Source of the DNA: Octopus vulgaris
Lineage: Eukaryota
Direction: 5' to 3'
Assembly: GCA_951406725.2 (NCBI GenBank)
Contig: OX597816.1
Coordinates: forward strand, 172,050,001 to 172,114,000
DNA: 64,000 nucleotides
Positions 35,293-48,326 of this stretch are shown here, one piece after another. Within the stretch, counting starts at the first letter, position 1; the number at the start of each line of letters is the position of its first letter. Below the pieces are notes generated by a model. The model was not told the DNA's origin. It searched no databases and worked only from the letters and a program-made list of their open reading frames with translations. Both the position numbers and the translations under genes were made by a program.

Positions 35293-37069
35293 AATTAAGA
35301 AAAATTTATAATACAGCTTTCATTGTGACTAGGTGCAAGACTTGTTTTACATAGGAGAAATATATAATTGGTTGATTTTCCACGAGTACATTACTGGTAT
35401 TTATAAAGTGAGCACAGAAGACTGAAAGGCAAAATTGGTTTTCATAAAATCTGAACAGCATAGGTAGAGAAATCTGTAAAGAATTTAGAGTGACATTCTA
35501 CCAAGGCTTGATTGATAGGGTGATAGTATGTTAGAGAATGGTTGAGAGTTCATATTTCGTCACCAGAGATACAATGTTTCACTAGCAAAGATATTTAACA
35601 TTTAAAAGAGTTATCTACTTTACAGTAAATAAGTACCATCACACAGTTTACCACAGGTGTTTGGTTTGTCAAGTTACAAGTCTAGCTTCAGTTACAACAA
35701 TTAATTTAAAGAAGGCAACAGGAAAATAATGCGGTGTATCTTCACTATTCATACAGATTCTAGAGCATATTTGAGAAAAACATCCATCATGCTGATAGAT
35801 AGGCATTCACTCCACAACAAATCACTGTTGAATAGTATTTTGTCTGTCTCTTTTATCACAACAAAAATGCTCTGAAATCCTCAACTCCATACTAACCCCA
35901 ACAAAAAGTACTCAATACACCAATATTATCCCACTGTGCATGAACAGTGAGCAATCTATCATACAATCGTATTTCTTTCCTCTACAAAATGTATAGCAGT
36001 TTTTTTTTTTTTAAACTGTCATACATCCATTTTACTATGTTTTTGTTGAAGCAATCATTTTTACTGTTCTTACAACCAATCACTCAACTATTGTAAAAGA
36101 AGTAGATATATTTCTCAGGGGCACAACACTATACTGTAGTAGTAAGGTATGAATTCATGACAAGCAGTTTATTTGTTCAACAATATAACATCAGAGCCAT
36201 GTTTAAATATGAAATATGAATAATTAAACACACAGTAATCAGTTCTATAAGAGAAACATAAATTTCTAAAGAGTATCTATGATTAAAGCCTGTCTAAGGC
36301 TTAAGTTTCTGTATGAAATAAGCAAACAAAATACTCTTTAATCTTGCCAAGAATAAAACTTCTTCAATTTTGATGCCACAATAGGGTAGGGTAAAGACTC
36401 ACTTCAGTCTTGAACGACCATGGGATTGTACCTAGAAAGTTCCCCCTCAGAGGTGCAACAATGGGCAAGGTTGTTTATAGAAGACCAGCCGCCTCTCTCC
36501 AAGCCACAGATGCTATTCAAAGGAAAGGCAAACACTGATACAGCTTGGTACCAGCGATGTTGCGACTCATTTCTACAGCTGAGTGAACTGGAGCAACGTG
36601 AGATAAAGTGTCTTGCTCAAGTACACAATACACAGCTAGGTCCATGAATCAAACTCACTACCTCGTGATTGTAAGCTGGACACTCTAACCACAAAGCCAT
36701 ATGCCTTCATGCCACAATAACATGGATCCAATACACTCTGTGACATAGTTGGTGAATGATCAGAGAGAGAGAGAGACAATAGAGGGACAGAGAATATTTT
36801 AGTCTTGCCTACAATATCATAACCTCTCAGTACAATAAAATGTACTCAGTACACTCTAAAATTTAGAGTTTAAATAAGGGTTAGTGACAGAAAGGGTATC
36901 CAGCCACGTAAAATATGACAGAGATGGAACATTGCAGCAAGACATGGCCCCAAACCCACCCAAAAGGACAAAAATAAGAAGTGACTCAGTCTGTAATGAC
37001 CTGTCCAAACTTTGCCAGCACGGAACAGCAAACTACTGGTGATGGTGACAGTGAAGTTGTTGTTGTTGT

Positions 37070-37106
<37 letters not shown>

Positions 37107-37304
37107 AGCATCTCAGCTGAAGACAGAGGACAGCAGAAATGTCAGAGTTCATAATAAAATATCTTGTAATATTTCATTATAACTCTTTATATTCTGAGTC
37201 CAAACTTCACTTGGATCATTTTTACAGTTTGATTCCAGGATCGATAAACTAAGTCAAATACTGGGATTCATTTAATCAACTATAAATTTTCTCAATAAAT
37301 TTGC

Positions 37305-37784
37305 AGATCGAGATCAAATTTGATGACTGGCATCCATGCAAGTGGAGCGCCAAGAGCACCATCCGAGTGTGATCATTACCAGAGCAGCAAACTAGCTTCC
37401 ATGCCGGTGGCATGTAAAAAGCACCATTCGAGAATGATTGTTACCAGCGTCACCTTACTGGCACTTATACTGGTGGCACATGAAAAAACATTCGAGCAAG
37501 GTCGTTGCCAGTGCTGCTGGACTGGCTCCTGTGCAGGAGACACATAAAACACACCATTTGAGCAGCGTGGCCATTGCCAGTACTGCCTGACTGGCCCTCA
37601 TGCCGGTGGCACATAAAAGTACTCACTACACTCTCGGAGTGGTTGGCATTAGGAAGGGCATCCAGCTGTAGAAACTCTGCCAGATCAGATTGGAGCCTGG
37701 TGCAGCCATCTGGTTCACCAGTCCTCACCAGTCATATTGTCCAACCCATGCTAGCATGGAAAGCGGACGTTAAACAATGATCAC

Positions 37785-37834
<50 letters not shown>
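37305..37834 (+). mobile_element. Retroposon family B, diverged, long (GAT)n tail
   Basis: Diverged units, body and tail. Confidence 0.75.
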
Positions 37835-37835
<1 letters not shown>

Positions 37836-38063
37836 CAGTGTTTGTGTAGTTTTACCAAAGACCCTGTCTTTGGGCCTTTAACTAGGAAAGAAAAACTCAA
37901 GATTGTAGAAGTGGTGGTATGTGGCATGTTGTTGTTGTGGTGGTGGTGGTGGTGGTGGCAGCAGCTGCAGCGGTTGTTGTCTAAAATTCAAAGGGTTAAT
38001 GTCAGATTACGAAAAAGGACATTGCAAGTGAAAATGTCATGTAACATCCTTTATTTGAAATAC

Positions 38064-38121
38064 CTGTAATTGTGGAGGTTTCTGCTACTATCACAGCCAT
38101 GTGCTCTTTGATTCTTGTCAC
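38064..38121 (-). CDS. ATG2: ATG2 small coding exon (58 nt, poorly conserved linker)
   Basis: tctttatcattccag|GT...ACAG|gtattt; its 3n+1 length bridges the phase-1 donor at 41769 and the phase-2 acceptor at 35015 with no stop: CDKNQRAHGCDSSRNLHNYR; no homology support. Confidence 0.75.
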
Positions 38122-39224
38122 CTGGAATGATAAAGACATGTAATGTAATGCAAATAAGGTCTTATAGCTCACCGGGTCATAGGTCACTCACTCAAAACAC
38201 TTAGTGCAGTGATTCAAGTTACATCAATAAGTCATGTGGACCCCCCACCCTCATCCCACATGGAGAGGATTTTGTACTCACCAGCATTACAAGTAAGTGA
38301 AACACTCATAAATCATACAGTACACCTGCTGGATACAGTGAAACTTGTGGTGCTTTATAGATATAGTGACACAGTCATTTGACAGTTAAGTATATTGAAG
38401 TATTATACCTCGACTAAAGGCAGTGCTCCAGCATGGCCACAGTCAAATGACTGAAACAAGTAAAAAAAAAAAAAAAAGTGAAAACTAATTAATGCCAACT
38501 TAAGGTAGGTGCTATGAGTACTGCAATACTGGAGAGTCCAGGATTAGAGCCGATGGGTCCGTGAATAATATATAATCATCATCTCCATTATTTTTACATC
38601 TATTTTAGGATGCTGGTGTGGGTTAGTTGGGACTTACTGAGGCAGCATTTTATGGCCAGATGGTCACACTGTCACCAACCTTTATTTTTTCCATGAAAGG
38701 TATTTTTTTTTTTATAGTGCTGGTTTTCACATAAAAAAAACCCATTCATCTATGGGACATGTTTACAGGAGATGAGAAGAAATTTCACTATTTTGTTTCA
38801 AACAGTATTGATGTGAAGACATACAGAGACAAATACATACACATGCACACAACATGTGAGCGTGAGCGAAGAGGATTGGCCTGCAAGAGCCCTGTGCTGG
38901 TGCCCCATGAAAAGCACTTGTGCTAGAACTGCATGAAACCGTGACAGCGCCATATTAAGAATCACCCAGCATACACTGCAAAGTGGTTGGCATTTTCGAA
39001 GGGCATCCAACCAGACAAACCAAGCCAAATCAAACTGGAATCTGAAGCACCTCTTTGAATTGCTAGCTCTGGTCAAACCCTCCAACCCAGGCCAGCATGG
39101 AAAACGGACATTACAGGATGATGATGATGTGGTTGTATGTATGTCTGTGTAATTACATTTATTCATGTTTGTATGTTCACTTCTGCATTACAAATTTACC
39201 TCAAAGTACCCTGGATCCTAGAAC

Positions 39225-39554
39225 GTCCCGCTGTGCTTGAGGAGATCTGTTGAGTCAAGTACATGAACATGAACATCGAAATAAATATCAATGGAAATAG
39301 TAGTTGTGATACCTGTGCCGGTGGAACATAAAAAGCACCATCCGAACGTGGCCGTAGCCAGCACTGCTTCGACTGGCTTCTGCGCCGGTAGCACATAAAA
39401 AGCACCATCCGAACGTGGCCGTTGCCAGCGCCGCCTTGGCTGGCTTCCATGCCGGTGGCACGTTAAAAGCTCCAACCGATCGTGGCCGATGCCGGACCCC
39501 CCTGGCACATAAAAAGCACCCACTACACTCGCGGAGTGGTTGGCATTAGGAAGG
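39225..39554 (+). mobile_element. Retroposon family B, 3'-truncated
   Basis: Units plus start of body. Confidence 0.75.
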
Positions 39555-40189
39555 TAATGGGTAACAAAGAAATGGGTATTTCGTCTGTCTTTACGTTTTG
39601 AGTTCTAATTCCACCAAGGTCGACTTTGCCTTTCATCCTTTCAGAGTCGATACATTAAATACCAGTTGTGTACTGGGGTCAATCTAATCGATTGGCCCCC
39701 GCCCCAAACATTTTGGGCCTTGTGCCTAGAGTATAAAAGGATATTATCATAAGGTGCAAAATTGCGTTTGACTCTCTTACTGATAACTAATGAGGATTCG
39801 GTGACCATCTGTGTCTATTTTCCATTTGTTTGTGCATTTATTATATGTTTTCTTAACTTATATTTAGATATTCATTTATATGACAGACTTCCATATATTT
39901 CTCATCTACAAATTTTACTTACAACGCATTAGTTTGCCATGGCTATAGTAGAAGAATTTGCTCAAGGTGCTATATAGCAGGACAGAACTTGAAACCATGT
40001 GGTTATGAAATGAAGTTTGCAACCACAGGATAATTAAAAGGTTTGCCAGCCTTCACCATATAATTCTGTCTTGTTCAGTATAACTCCAGAGCATAAATGA
40101 GCACCTAAAGATGACCTTGAAACTAACTGTATTGTAAGATAGATTTATGGGAAGATTTAAACTCAACTTTGTGAATTAATGAAAACATA

Positions 40190-40540
40190 CTTGTTTACCA
40201 ACCACATGGTTCCGGGTTCAGTCCCACTGCGTGGCACCTTGGGCAAGTGTCTTCTACTATAGCCTCGGGCTGACTAAAGCCTTGTGAGTGGATTTGGTAG
40301 ACAGAAACTGAAAGAAGCCCGTCGTGTATATGTATATATATGTATGCGTGTGTGTGTTTGTCCCCCTAGCATTGCTTGACAACCGATTCTGGTGTGTTTA
40401 CGTCCCCGTCACTTAGCGGTTCGGCAAAAGAGACCAATAGAATAAGTACTGGGCTTACGGGGTCGATTTGCTCGACTAAAGGCGGTGCTCCAGTATGGCC
40501 ACAGTCAAATGACTGAAACAAGTAAAAGAGTAAAAGAGTA
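40190..40540 (+). mobile_element. SINE family A, 5'-truncated
   Basis: Identity to family; atacttg repeat on both sides. Confidence 0.8.
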
Positions 40541-40929
40541 TACTTGATCTTTACCATTTCAGCTACTCTAACACTCATGCTAGTACCTCCTTCACAATCA
40601 GTCGAAGAAATATGGCATTTTTCTATTCTCTTTCTTTTATCTTTTACTTGTTTTAGACAGATTGCGGCCATGCTGGGGCACCACTTAGAAGAATTTTTAG
40701 TCAAATGAATTGACCCAAGTACTTATTCTATATTAAGCCTGGTACTTATTCTATTGGTCTCTTTTGCTGAACCACTAAGTTACAGGGACACACACACAAA
40801 CACTGGTTGTCAAGCAGTGGGGAGGGGGAACACAAATACAAAGACACACACAATGGGTTTCTTTCAGTTTCCAAATTGCCAAATTCATTCACAAGGCTTG
40901 GTCAATCCAAGACTATACTAGAAGACAGA

Positions 40930-41156
40930 AATGAGCTGGCAGAAACGTTAGCACGCCGGGCGAAATGCATAGCCATATTTCGTCTACTGTTACGTTCTGA
41001 GTTCAAATTCTGCTGAGGTCGACTTTGCCTTTCATCCATTCGGGGTGGATAAATTAAGTACCAGTTATGCACTGGGGTCGATGTAATCGACTTAATACGT
41101 TTGTCTGTCCTTGTTTGTCCTCTCTATGTTTAGCCCCTCGTGGGTAGTAAAGAAAT
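40930..41156 (+). mobile_element. SINE family D nested in an old family A copy
   Basis: TSD tatactagaagaca; host SINE continues on both sides. Confidence 0.8.
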
Positions 41157-41491
41157 ATATACTAGAAGACACTTGCCCAAGGTGCCACACACTGGGACTG
41201 AACCCAGAACCATGTGATTGGAAAGCAAGCTTCTTACCACACAACCCCTATTTTGCCTCTCGTATACCTTTTTTTTTCGAAACCCCATCACTGATTTATT
41301 AGCCAGAAACTGTTCTCACAGAATTTAAAGCTGAGACAGCAAAATACTCAACCAATTCCATACAAACACATCTTCTTTAACCACTCATCTTTGTTTCCTT
41401 TCAATTTCAAGCCCACTTTTCATTAATTCTAAAAGGATTACAAGGTGTAATTAATAGGCTGCAGACTTGTCATTTTATCTTTTGCATTGAT

Positions 41492-41720
41492 TTAACCCTT
41501 TACTGTTAGCATTATTCTACCAAAATTAATGCTTTTTCATCAACTTTGTTTTGAACTAATCAGGCATTATCTTGTAGCTATGAGATTTTGATGAGGTAAC
41601 TGTTAATTTTTAAAACGATATTGTGGGGTAGGTGTGAGAGACCAGATCTGGCCAGTTTGAACATAAAACAGGCAGAATACTTTTGGCCGGATATGGCTGG
41701 TTTAAATACTAAAGGGTTAA
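41492..41720. mobile_element. piggyBac-like MITE, second family (related copies ~3460-3687, ~46348-46562, fragments ~52853 and ~54715-54840)
   Basis: ttaacccttta...taaagggttaa ends and shared internal sequence. Confidence 0.7.
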
Positions 41721-41768
41721 TCACATAAGAAATGTAATTTATGTAAAAAGAAAGGGAAAAATACTTAC

Positions 41769-41976
41769 AATTTCTTTTAGCAGGGCCAAAATCTGAACCA
41801 GCATACATATACCAGTGAATAGACATTTCTTTTAAAGTGTAGCGTGTTTCTGGAACAGGGAAGTGTTCGGGTGACTTGAGAGCATCTGTTCTTCCAAGGG
41901 GTTGATAGAAAAAGTTTTCCTTTAACGTTAATGGCTCTTTTATGTGAACTTTGATCTCTGGTCGGTTATCTCGAGG
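41769..41976 (-). CDS. ATG2: ATG2 coding exon (WIPI-interacting region)
   Basis: aag|CCT...AATT|gtaagt; PRDNRPEIKVHIKEPLTLKENFFYQPLGRTDALKSPEHFPVPETRYTLKEMSIHWYMYAGSDFG, like ATG2 ..P.HFPVP..R..L.E.S..W.LYGG.DFG. Confidence 0.95.
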
Positions 41977-42054
41977 CTTTGAAATGACAATGCAACAAAA
42001 TTTTTAAATGAAAATATCATTGCAAAATATACTCTACAATATTTTTTTTTTACA

Positions 42055-42448
42055 TCTTTATATATAAAAGAGAGGTTGTGTGCTGTCTGTCTCCTACGAT
42101 TTAGATTCCTAACTACTCCCACATTTTGCGGTGCACTTTAACCAAAACCGGGTATCTTATAGTCGTGATTCATATCGAGCCCTTCTGGGTATTAGCGCGT
42201 GTCTATGATGAGTCTACGATTTAAAAAAAGATTTACCGTCAATTTTTCCCATTTTTAATGCATTTTTGGCACATATAAGGGAAGTAACTCTCTAAAAATT
42301 TATTATTAAATCTCAGAACGTAAAAAGCTACAGTAACACCCCCTTTGTGGTTAGCCATATTGAGATGGCTATTATACTTTACAGCTCTGAAAATGCTTAT
42401 ATAGTTATTTCCCTTACAAACCCGAGCAACGCCGGGCAATACTGCTAG
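42055..42448 (+). mobile_element. Non-autonomous Helitron (variant with captured segment)
   Basis: TC...hairpin...CTAG termini, A|T target. Confidence 0.85.
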
Positions 42449-43244
42449 TTACATATAATGGGATTTTAGTCACAAAAAATTGTGTACATGTATCTGTGCT
42501 TATATGGTAGTTTCAAGTTGGGATGAAACCGTTTCCAATGAGATGAGACAAACATTTCAAGTAAGTTACTATTCTATTACATGAAGTCTCTTAGGGAAAG
42601 TTTTTCTTGAACATTGGCAGCATTTGGTTCTTTTTTTCCACCACTAATGTTTTCTTTGTACACCTTTAGCCTACATCATCAACACCTCGCTTACCTGCTA
42701 TCACCCTGAATGCCCTCATATATCTACCACAATTCCTACCTCTGATTCTCTCTTGTATTTCTCTCCATCATTTGCTAGTCACTTCATCCTGTCCACTCAC
42801 CCAACCCAAGCCTCACCTACTCTCACCACCCCCAATGTCCCTCAAGGGTATGTTCCAACACACTTTTGTCATCATCCATCTCTCACTATCACTCTCTTTA
42901 CTCTCCTATTCACTGTTTTCCAACTGGGGTATCCATGTATCTATTCAGGTTACACACCTATATTTGTTCCTTCTACACCTTGAATTTCCCAACTCGCACA
43001 AAGTCACACCCCGCAATACCACTCCATCCTCCACCAACATAGTAGGTTATCCCGTTGGTACTGGTCCCACATAAAATGCACGGGTGCTGGTGCCACATAA
43101 ACAGACAATGGAACTCAGCCTTGCCAGCTCCTGTCAAACCATCCAACCCATGACAACAAGGAAAATGGGGGTTATACGATGTTGATGATGATATGCATAT
43201 ATTATATTATATTATATCATATTATACATACATACATACATACA

Positions 43245-43645
43245 TCTTTATATATAAAAGTGAAGTTGTGTGTCTGTCTCCTACGATTTAGATTCCTAAC
43301 TACTCCCACATTTTGCGGTGCAGTGTAACCAAAAGCAGGGTATCTTATAGTCGTGATTCATATCGAGCCCTTCTGGGTATTAGCGCTCGTCTACAATGAG
43401 TCTACGATTTTAAAAAAAAATTTACCATCATTTTTTCCCATTTTTAATGCATTTTTTTTGCTATTATATAAGGGAAGTAACTCTCTAAAAATGTATTATT
43501 AAATCTCAGAACGTAAAAAGCTACAGTAACGCCCCCCCCCTTTGTGGTTAGCCATATTGAGATGGCTATTATACTTTACATCTCTAAAAATGCTTATATA
43601 GTTATTTCCCTTACAAACCCGAGCAACGCCGGGCGATACTGCTAG
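43245..43645 (+). mobile_element. Non-autonomous Helitron (variant with captured segment)
   Basis: TC...hairpin...CTAG termini, A|T target. Confidence 0.85.
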
Positions 43646-44026
43646 TATATATACACACACACATTAAATTTCAGATTAATGGATATCTAGAGATGATTAA
43701 TACAACAAGTATATTTTAAACGTCATTCAGATGACATTTAACTGATTAAGAGTAACAACTGGCATTCAATAAAGCTGTCAGTTTACCTCTGCTATTCATT
43801 GTAGGTATTGACGGGATAGTCAGAATAAACAATCAAACACAACAGGAAAGTAAGGAAACCCTAGAAATCAAACTGAAGATCTAGATTTTTCAACAGATAC
43901 CTTTAAAGGTCACACATAAGTTTCCAAGGTATTTTTTTTTTTTTCATTTCATCTAGTTTCAGCTCACAAGCTGTGGCCATGCTGGGGCACTGCCATTCTG
44001 TTTGTATAGATCTCTAATCTTTTTTC

Positions 44027-44461
44027 GGCACATAAAAAAACACCATCCGAGCGTGACCGTTCGCCAGCCTCGTCTGGCACCTGTGTCGGTGGCACATAAA
44101 AAAACACCATCCAAGTGTGGCCGTTCGCCAGCCTTGTCTGGCACCTGTGTCGGTGGCACATAAAAAAACACCATCCTAGTGTGGCCGTTCGCCAGCCTCG
44201 TCTGGCACCTGTGTCGGTGGCACATAAAAAAACACCATCCAAGTGTGGCCGTTCGCCAGCCTTGTCTGGCACCTGTGTCGGTGGCGCATAAAAAGCACCC
44301 ACTACACTCACGGAGTGGTTGGCGTTAGGAAGGGCATCCAGCTGTAGAAACACTGCCAGATCTGACTGGCCTGGTGCAGCCTTCGGGCTTCCCAGACCCC
44401 AGTTGAACCGTCCAACCCATGCTAGCATGGAAAGCGGACGTTAAACGATGATGATGATGAT
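44027..44461 (+). mobile_element. Retroposon family B with four ~63-bp units
   Basis: Tandem units, body and (GAT)n. Confidence 0.8.
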
Positions 44462-44573
44462 ATATATGTGTATGTATGTATGTATGTATATGTATGTATG
44501 TGTGCTGTGGGATGGGAGGTGTTCATTCCTTGCTTTATTCTCTAAATTTATGTTCCATTTTTGGTTTGTTTGA

Positions 44574-44807
44574 TTTTTTTTTTTTTTTTTTTTGTACTTG
44601 TTTCAGTCATTTGACTGCGGCCATGCTGGAGCACCGCCTTTAGAGTGGTGAAAGAGTACAGCAGGGATCACCACCATCCCCTGCCGGAGCCTCGTGGAGC
44701 TTTTAGGTGTTTTCGCTCAATAAACACACACAACGCCCGGTCTGGGAATCGAAACCGCGATCCTCCGACCGCAAGTCCGCTGCCCTAACCACTTGGCCAT
44801 TGCGCCT
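44574..44807 (-). mobile_element. Chimeric SINE: family C head, family A tail, poly(A)
   Basis: 44644-44807 matches C 5' part; 44596-44643 matches A 3' end; T-run 44574-44593. Confidence 0.8.
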
Positions 44808-45764
44808 ATTTATTTATAAACAATCTACGAAATTTGCCAGAAAGTTATTGGGTGCCATAGAATTATGGTGCCTGTGATGTCCGTAAGAAACATTATCAGT
44901 TATTGTATTCTTGCTGAGGGTATTTGGTGCTGTTTATTGTGGTAGACTTGATATGTATTTTCTAAATGATGGCTACGATCTGTGGAACGGATGTAACACT
45001 GGGCTTCCTCCAGTTTCTTTTCTTGTTCAGCCAGTTTTTCTCCTAATTCATAATTTGTCTGTTTTAAACTATAATTTTCTTTAATTAGTCACTTAATTTC
45101 CTCTTCCAAAATTCGGTATATATTTCATTTATCAGGAATAATACAAAAAAACTGGAGCTCTAGTCTATTGACTAAATCTTTGAATATTTTAGATTTTAGT
45201 GTTTGTGGATTGTCATGTGTGTTGCATTTATTTTGACATGTACTTCAGCCATAATTAAAATAATCGGAATATGAGTGATGGTAAAAAGAATGAGACAAGA
45301 ACACAAGCTGTCAAATTTTGGTAAAAGTCAGGGAACTTGAGTTTGCTTTCAGGTTATATCTATAGAATTGTTTGTTTCATTGGATGGCTTTCACAAAACA
45401 AGCAAATTTCCTTCAGGATGACAAATATTATGCTCAGCACATACACTAAACTTCATACATCCTTTTTTCCTTTTATGAATGTGACTTAAAAAATCATTTT
45501 GATGATATTGCATCAGAAGGCAAAAGCAGATTTTGAGATGTAGGCTAAAGGTGTACAAAGAAAACAGGTGGTGGAAAAAAAGAATCAAATGCTGCCAATG
45601 CCAAAGAAAAGCTTTCCCTAAGAAACTTCCTGTGATAGAATGTAACTAACTTGAAGTGTTAGTCTCACCTCACTGGAAACAGTTTCATCCCATCTTGAAA
45701 CTATCTTGAAGAAAGAGAAATAACTTACAATTATCAAGCACAGGGTCGAAACTACATTTCGACC

Positions 45765-46218
45765 CCGTGCTTGAGGAGATCCATTGAGTCAAGTACACCA
45801 ACATCAAAATTAATGGAAACTGCAGATGTGATCCCTGTGCCGGTGGCACGTAAAAAGCACCATCTGAACGTGGCCGATGCCAGCGCCGCCTAGACTGGCT
45901 TCCGTGCCGGTAGCACTTAAAAAGCACTATCCGAATCGTGGCCGATGCCAGAGCCGCCTTGACTGGCTTCCGTGCTAGTGGCACGTAAAATGCACCAATC
46001 CGATCGTAGCCGTTGCCAGCCTCGCCTGGCACCTGTACAGGTGGCACGTAAAAAGCACTCACTACACTCACGGAGTGGTTGGTGTTAGGAAGGGCATCCA
46101 GCTGTAGAAACACTGCCAGATCAGACTGGAGCCTGGTGCAGCCTTCTGGCTTCCCAGATCCCCGGTCGAACCGTCCAACCCATGCTAGCATGGAAAGCGG
46201 ACGCTAAACGATGATGAT
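45765..46218 (+). mobile_element. Retroposon family B
   Basis: Units, body and tail. Confidence 0.8.
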
Positions 46219-47561
46219 CATCATCATGATAAAGCTAGCAAAATATTTACTATTTAAATTTGAAGTTTCAGATAAACAGCTGGACAGAACCACAGAATTT
46301 TTATGAAATTTTATTAAATGGTGCTAATATTAATCTTACTGGATAATTAACCCTTTAACATTTAAACCTGCCATATCCAACCAAAATATTTCAACTGTTT
46401 TATGTTCCAACTGACCTCTTACATCAACTGTACGATGTCATTCCAAAACTAAACAATCACATCATTGAAATTTCAAAGCTATGAGATAATACAAAATTAA
46501 TTCAAAACAATGTGAATGAATAAGGATTTCATTTGACAGAGTAATCTGAATGCTAAAGGGTTGCAAAACTATTTGAGAAAAGAATCTCTTGTATTAAACA
46601 ATCCAAGACAAGACTGATTTAACTTTTTCTAATACTGAAGCAGTACTGTGGCAGTTTTAAAGTTTAATATTAGCAAGCTGCCAGGTGGAAATTCACTTTG
46701 ACAACAGGTAATTGAAAATCAGTTGCAACGACACAAGTTGTCGGTTTGTACATAATATCAGGTGAAAAGAAAATGATACCATATGGCTTATCTTTTGAGG
46801 ACATCCTTCATGACTTTCTTTTGAAGGATAATTAATTCAGGACATTGACCGATTGCATAGAATTTGTGAAGTACATTGTCATAAGTTTGTCAACAGCGGT
46901 AGTCCACATCAAGATAGCAGAAAAGCTGTGACTTGAGCATCAGGTTTTAACATCACTATTCTGAACACAAATCCTATCAGGACTGATTTAAACTTTCATT
47001 CATTAAAATTTCATAAAATAAATACCTCTCTTCTAGTATCAGACTAACAGACAATAATGGAAGGAATAAACTAGTTTAATGTTTGAATCTTTTTAGGGTG
47101 ATAGGAAAAGAACTTAGTGGCATTTCTTCCAGACCAACTAAGGTCAAATGCTGCCAAGATTGACTTTTTCTTTTCATCCTTTCAGGGTCGATGAATAAGT
47201 ACCAGTTGTGCATTGGGATTGATATAATCATTTTGCACTCTCCCCCACAATTGCTAGCCTTGTGCCAAAATTTGAAACTAGTATTTGAATCTTATTAGGA
47301 ATGCTTAATCCCATATTAAACTCTTTCCACTTACCTAACAAATTAAACATGGATAGTTCAGACACCAGATATGTATAAACTGGTAAAAATAATAGTGCTT
47401 TAGATTAAATGTTTGGTCACCAAAACTCAGTACATATTCTGCTAGGGCTGATTTCTGCTTCCATTCCTCTAGTACCAATAGAATAAGTAACAGCTATATG
47501 CACTGGCTGAACTGACTATACAATACTAAGTTGTAAAAAAAATGAAAAAAATTCTATACTT

Positions 47562-48326
47562 GGCATGTAACAAACACCATCCGATCGCCTGGCCTCGCCT
47601 GGCATGTAAAAAGCACCATCCGAGCATGGCCATTCGCCAGCCTCGTCTGGCACCTGTGTCGGTGGCACATAAAAAGCACCCGCTACACTCACGGAGTGGT
47701 TGGCGTTAGGAAGGGCATCCAGCTGTAGAAACACCGCCAGATATGACTGGCCTGGTGCAGCCTTCGGGCTTCCCAGACCCCAGTTGAACCGTCCAGATGA
47801 TGATGATGTCAAAAGAAATCAATACTTTAGTTAGACATAATGAATTCAAATCAGTAAGATTCCTTTGGGAGTAGGATAAAATTACTGGAAAATAAACTAG
47901 TTCAGTAAAGTTAACATGTGTTGATTAACTTTGACAAGCTCATAAAAATTTAAATTAATATATCAAGAACATCAGAACTCTTGTTTCAGAAATACAGATA
48001 AGGGACAAGTTCTTTACTTTTTTTTTTTATTTCATCATCATCATCATCATCGTTTAACGGCCGCTTTCCATGCTAGCATGGGTTGGATGGTTCAACTGGG
48101 GTCTGGGAAGCCCGAAGGCTGCACCAGGCCAGTCAGATCTGGCAGAGTTTCTACAGCTGGATGCCCTTCCTAATGCCAACCACTCCGTGAGTGTAGTGGG
48201 TGCTTTTTATGTGCCACCGACACAGGTGCCAGACGATGCTGGCGAACAGCCATGCTCGGATGGTGGTGCCACCGACACAGGTGCCAGACGAGGCTGGCGA
48301 ACGGCCACGCTCGGATGGTGTTTTTT
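47562..48326. mobile_element. Two family B copies tail-to-tail (47562-47808 +, 48032-48326 -)
   Basis: Same subfamily in inverted orientation ~220 bp apart. Confidence 0.8.

Noticed and set aside
40544-40622. Alternative candidate for the missing ATG2 exon (…SMSVRVAEMVKIK)
   Set aside because: The acceptors are purine-rich or create in-frame stops; 38064-38121 fits better
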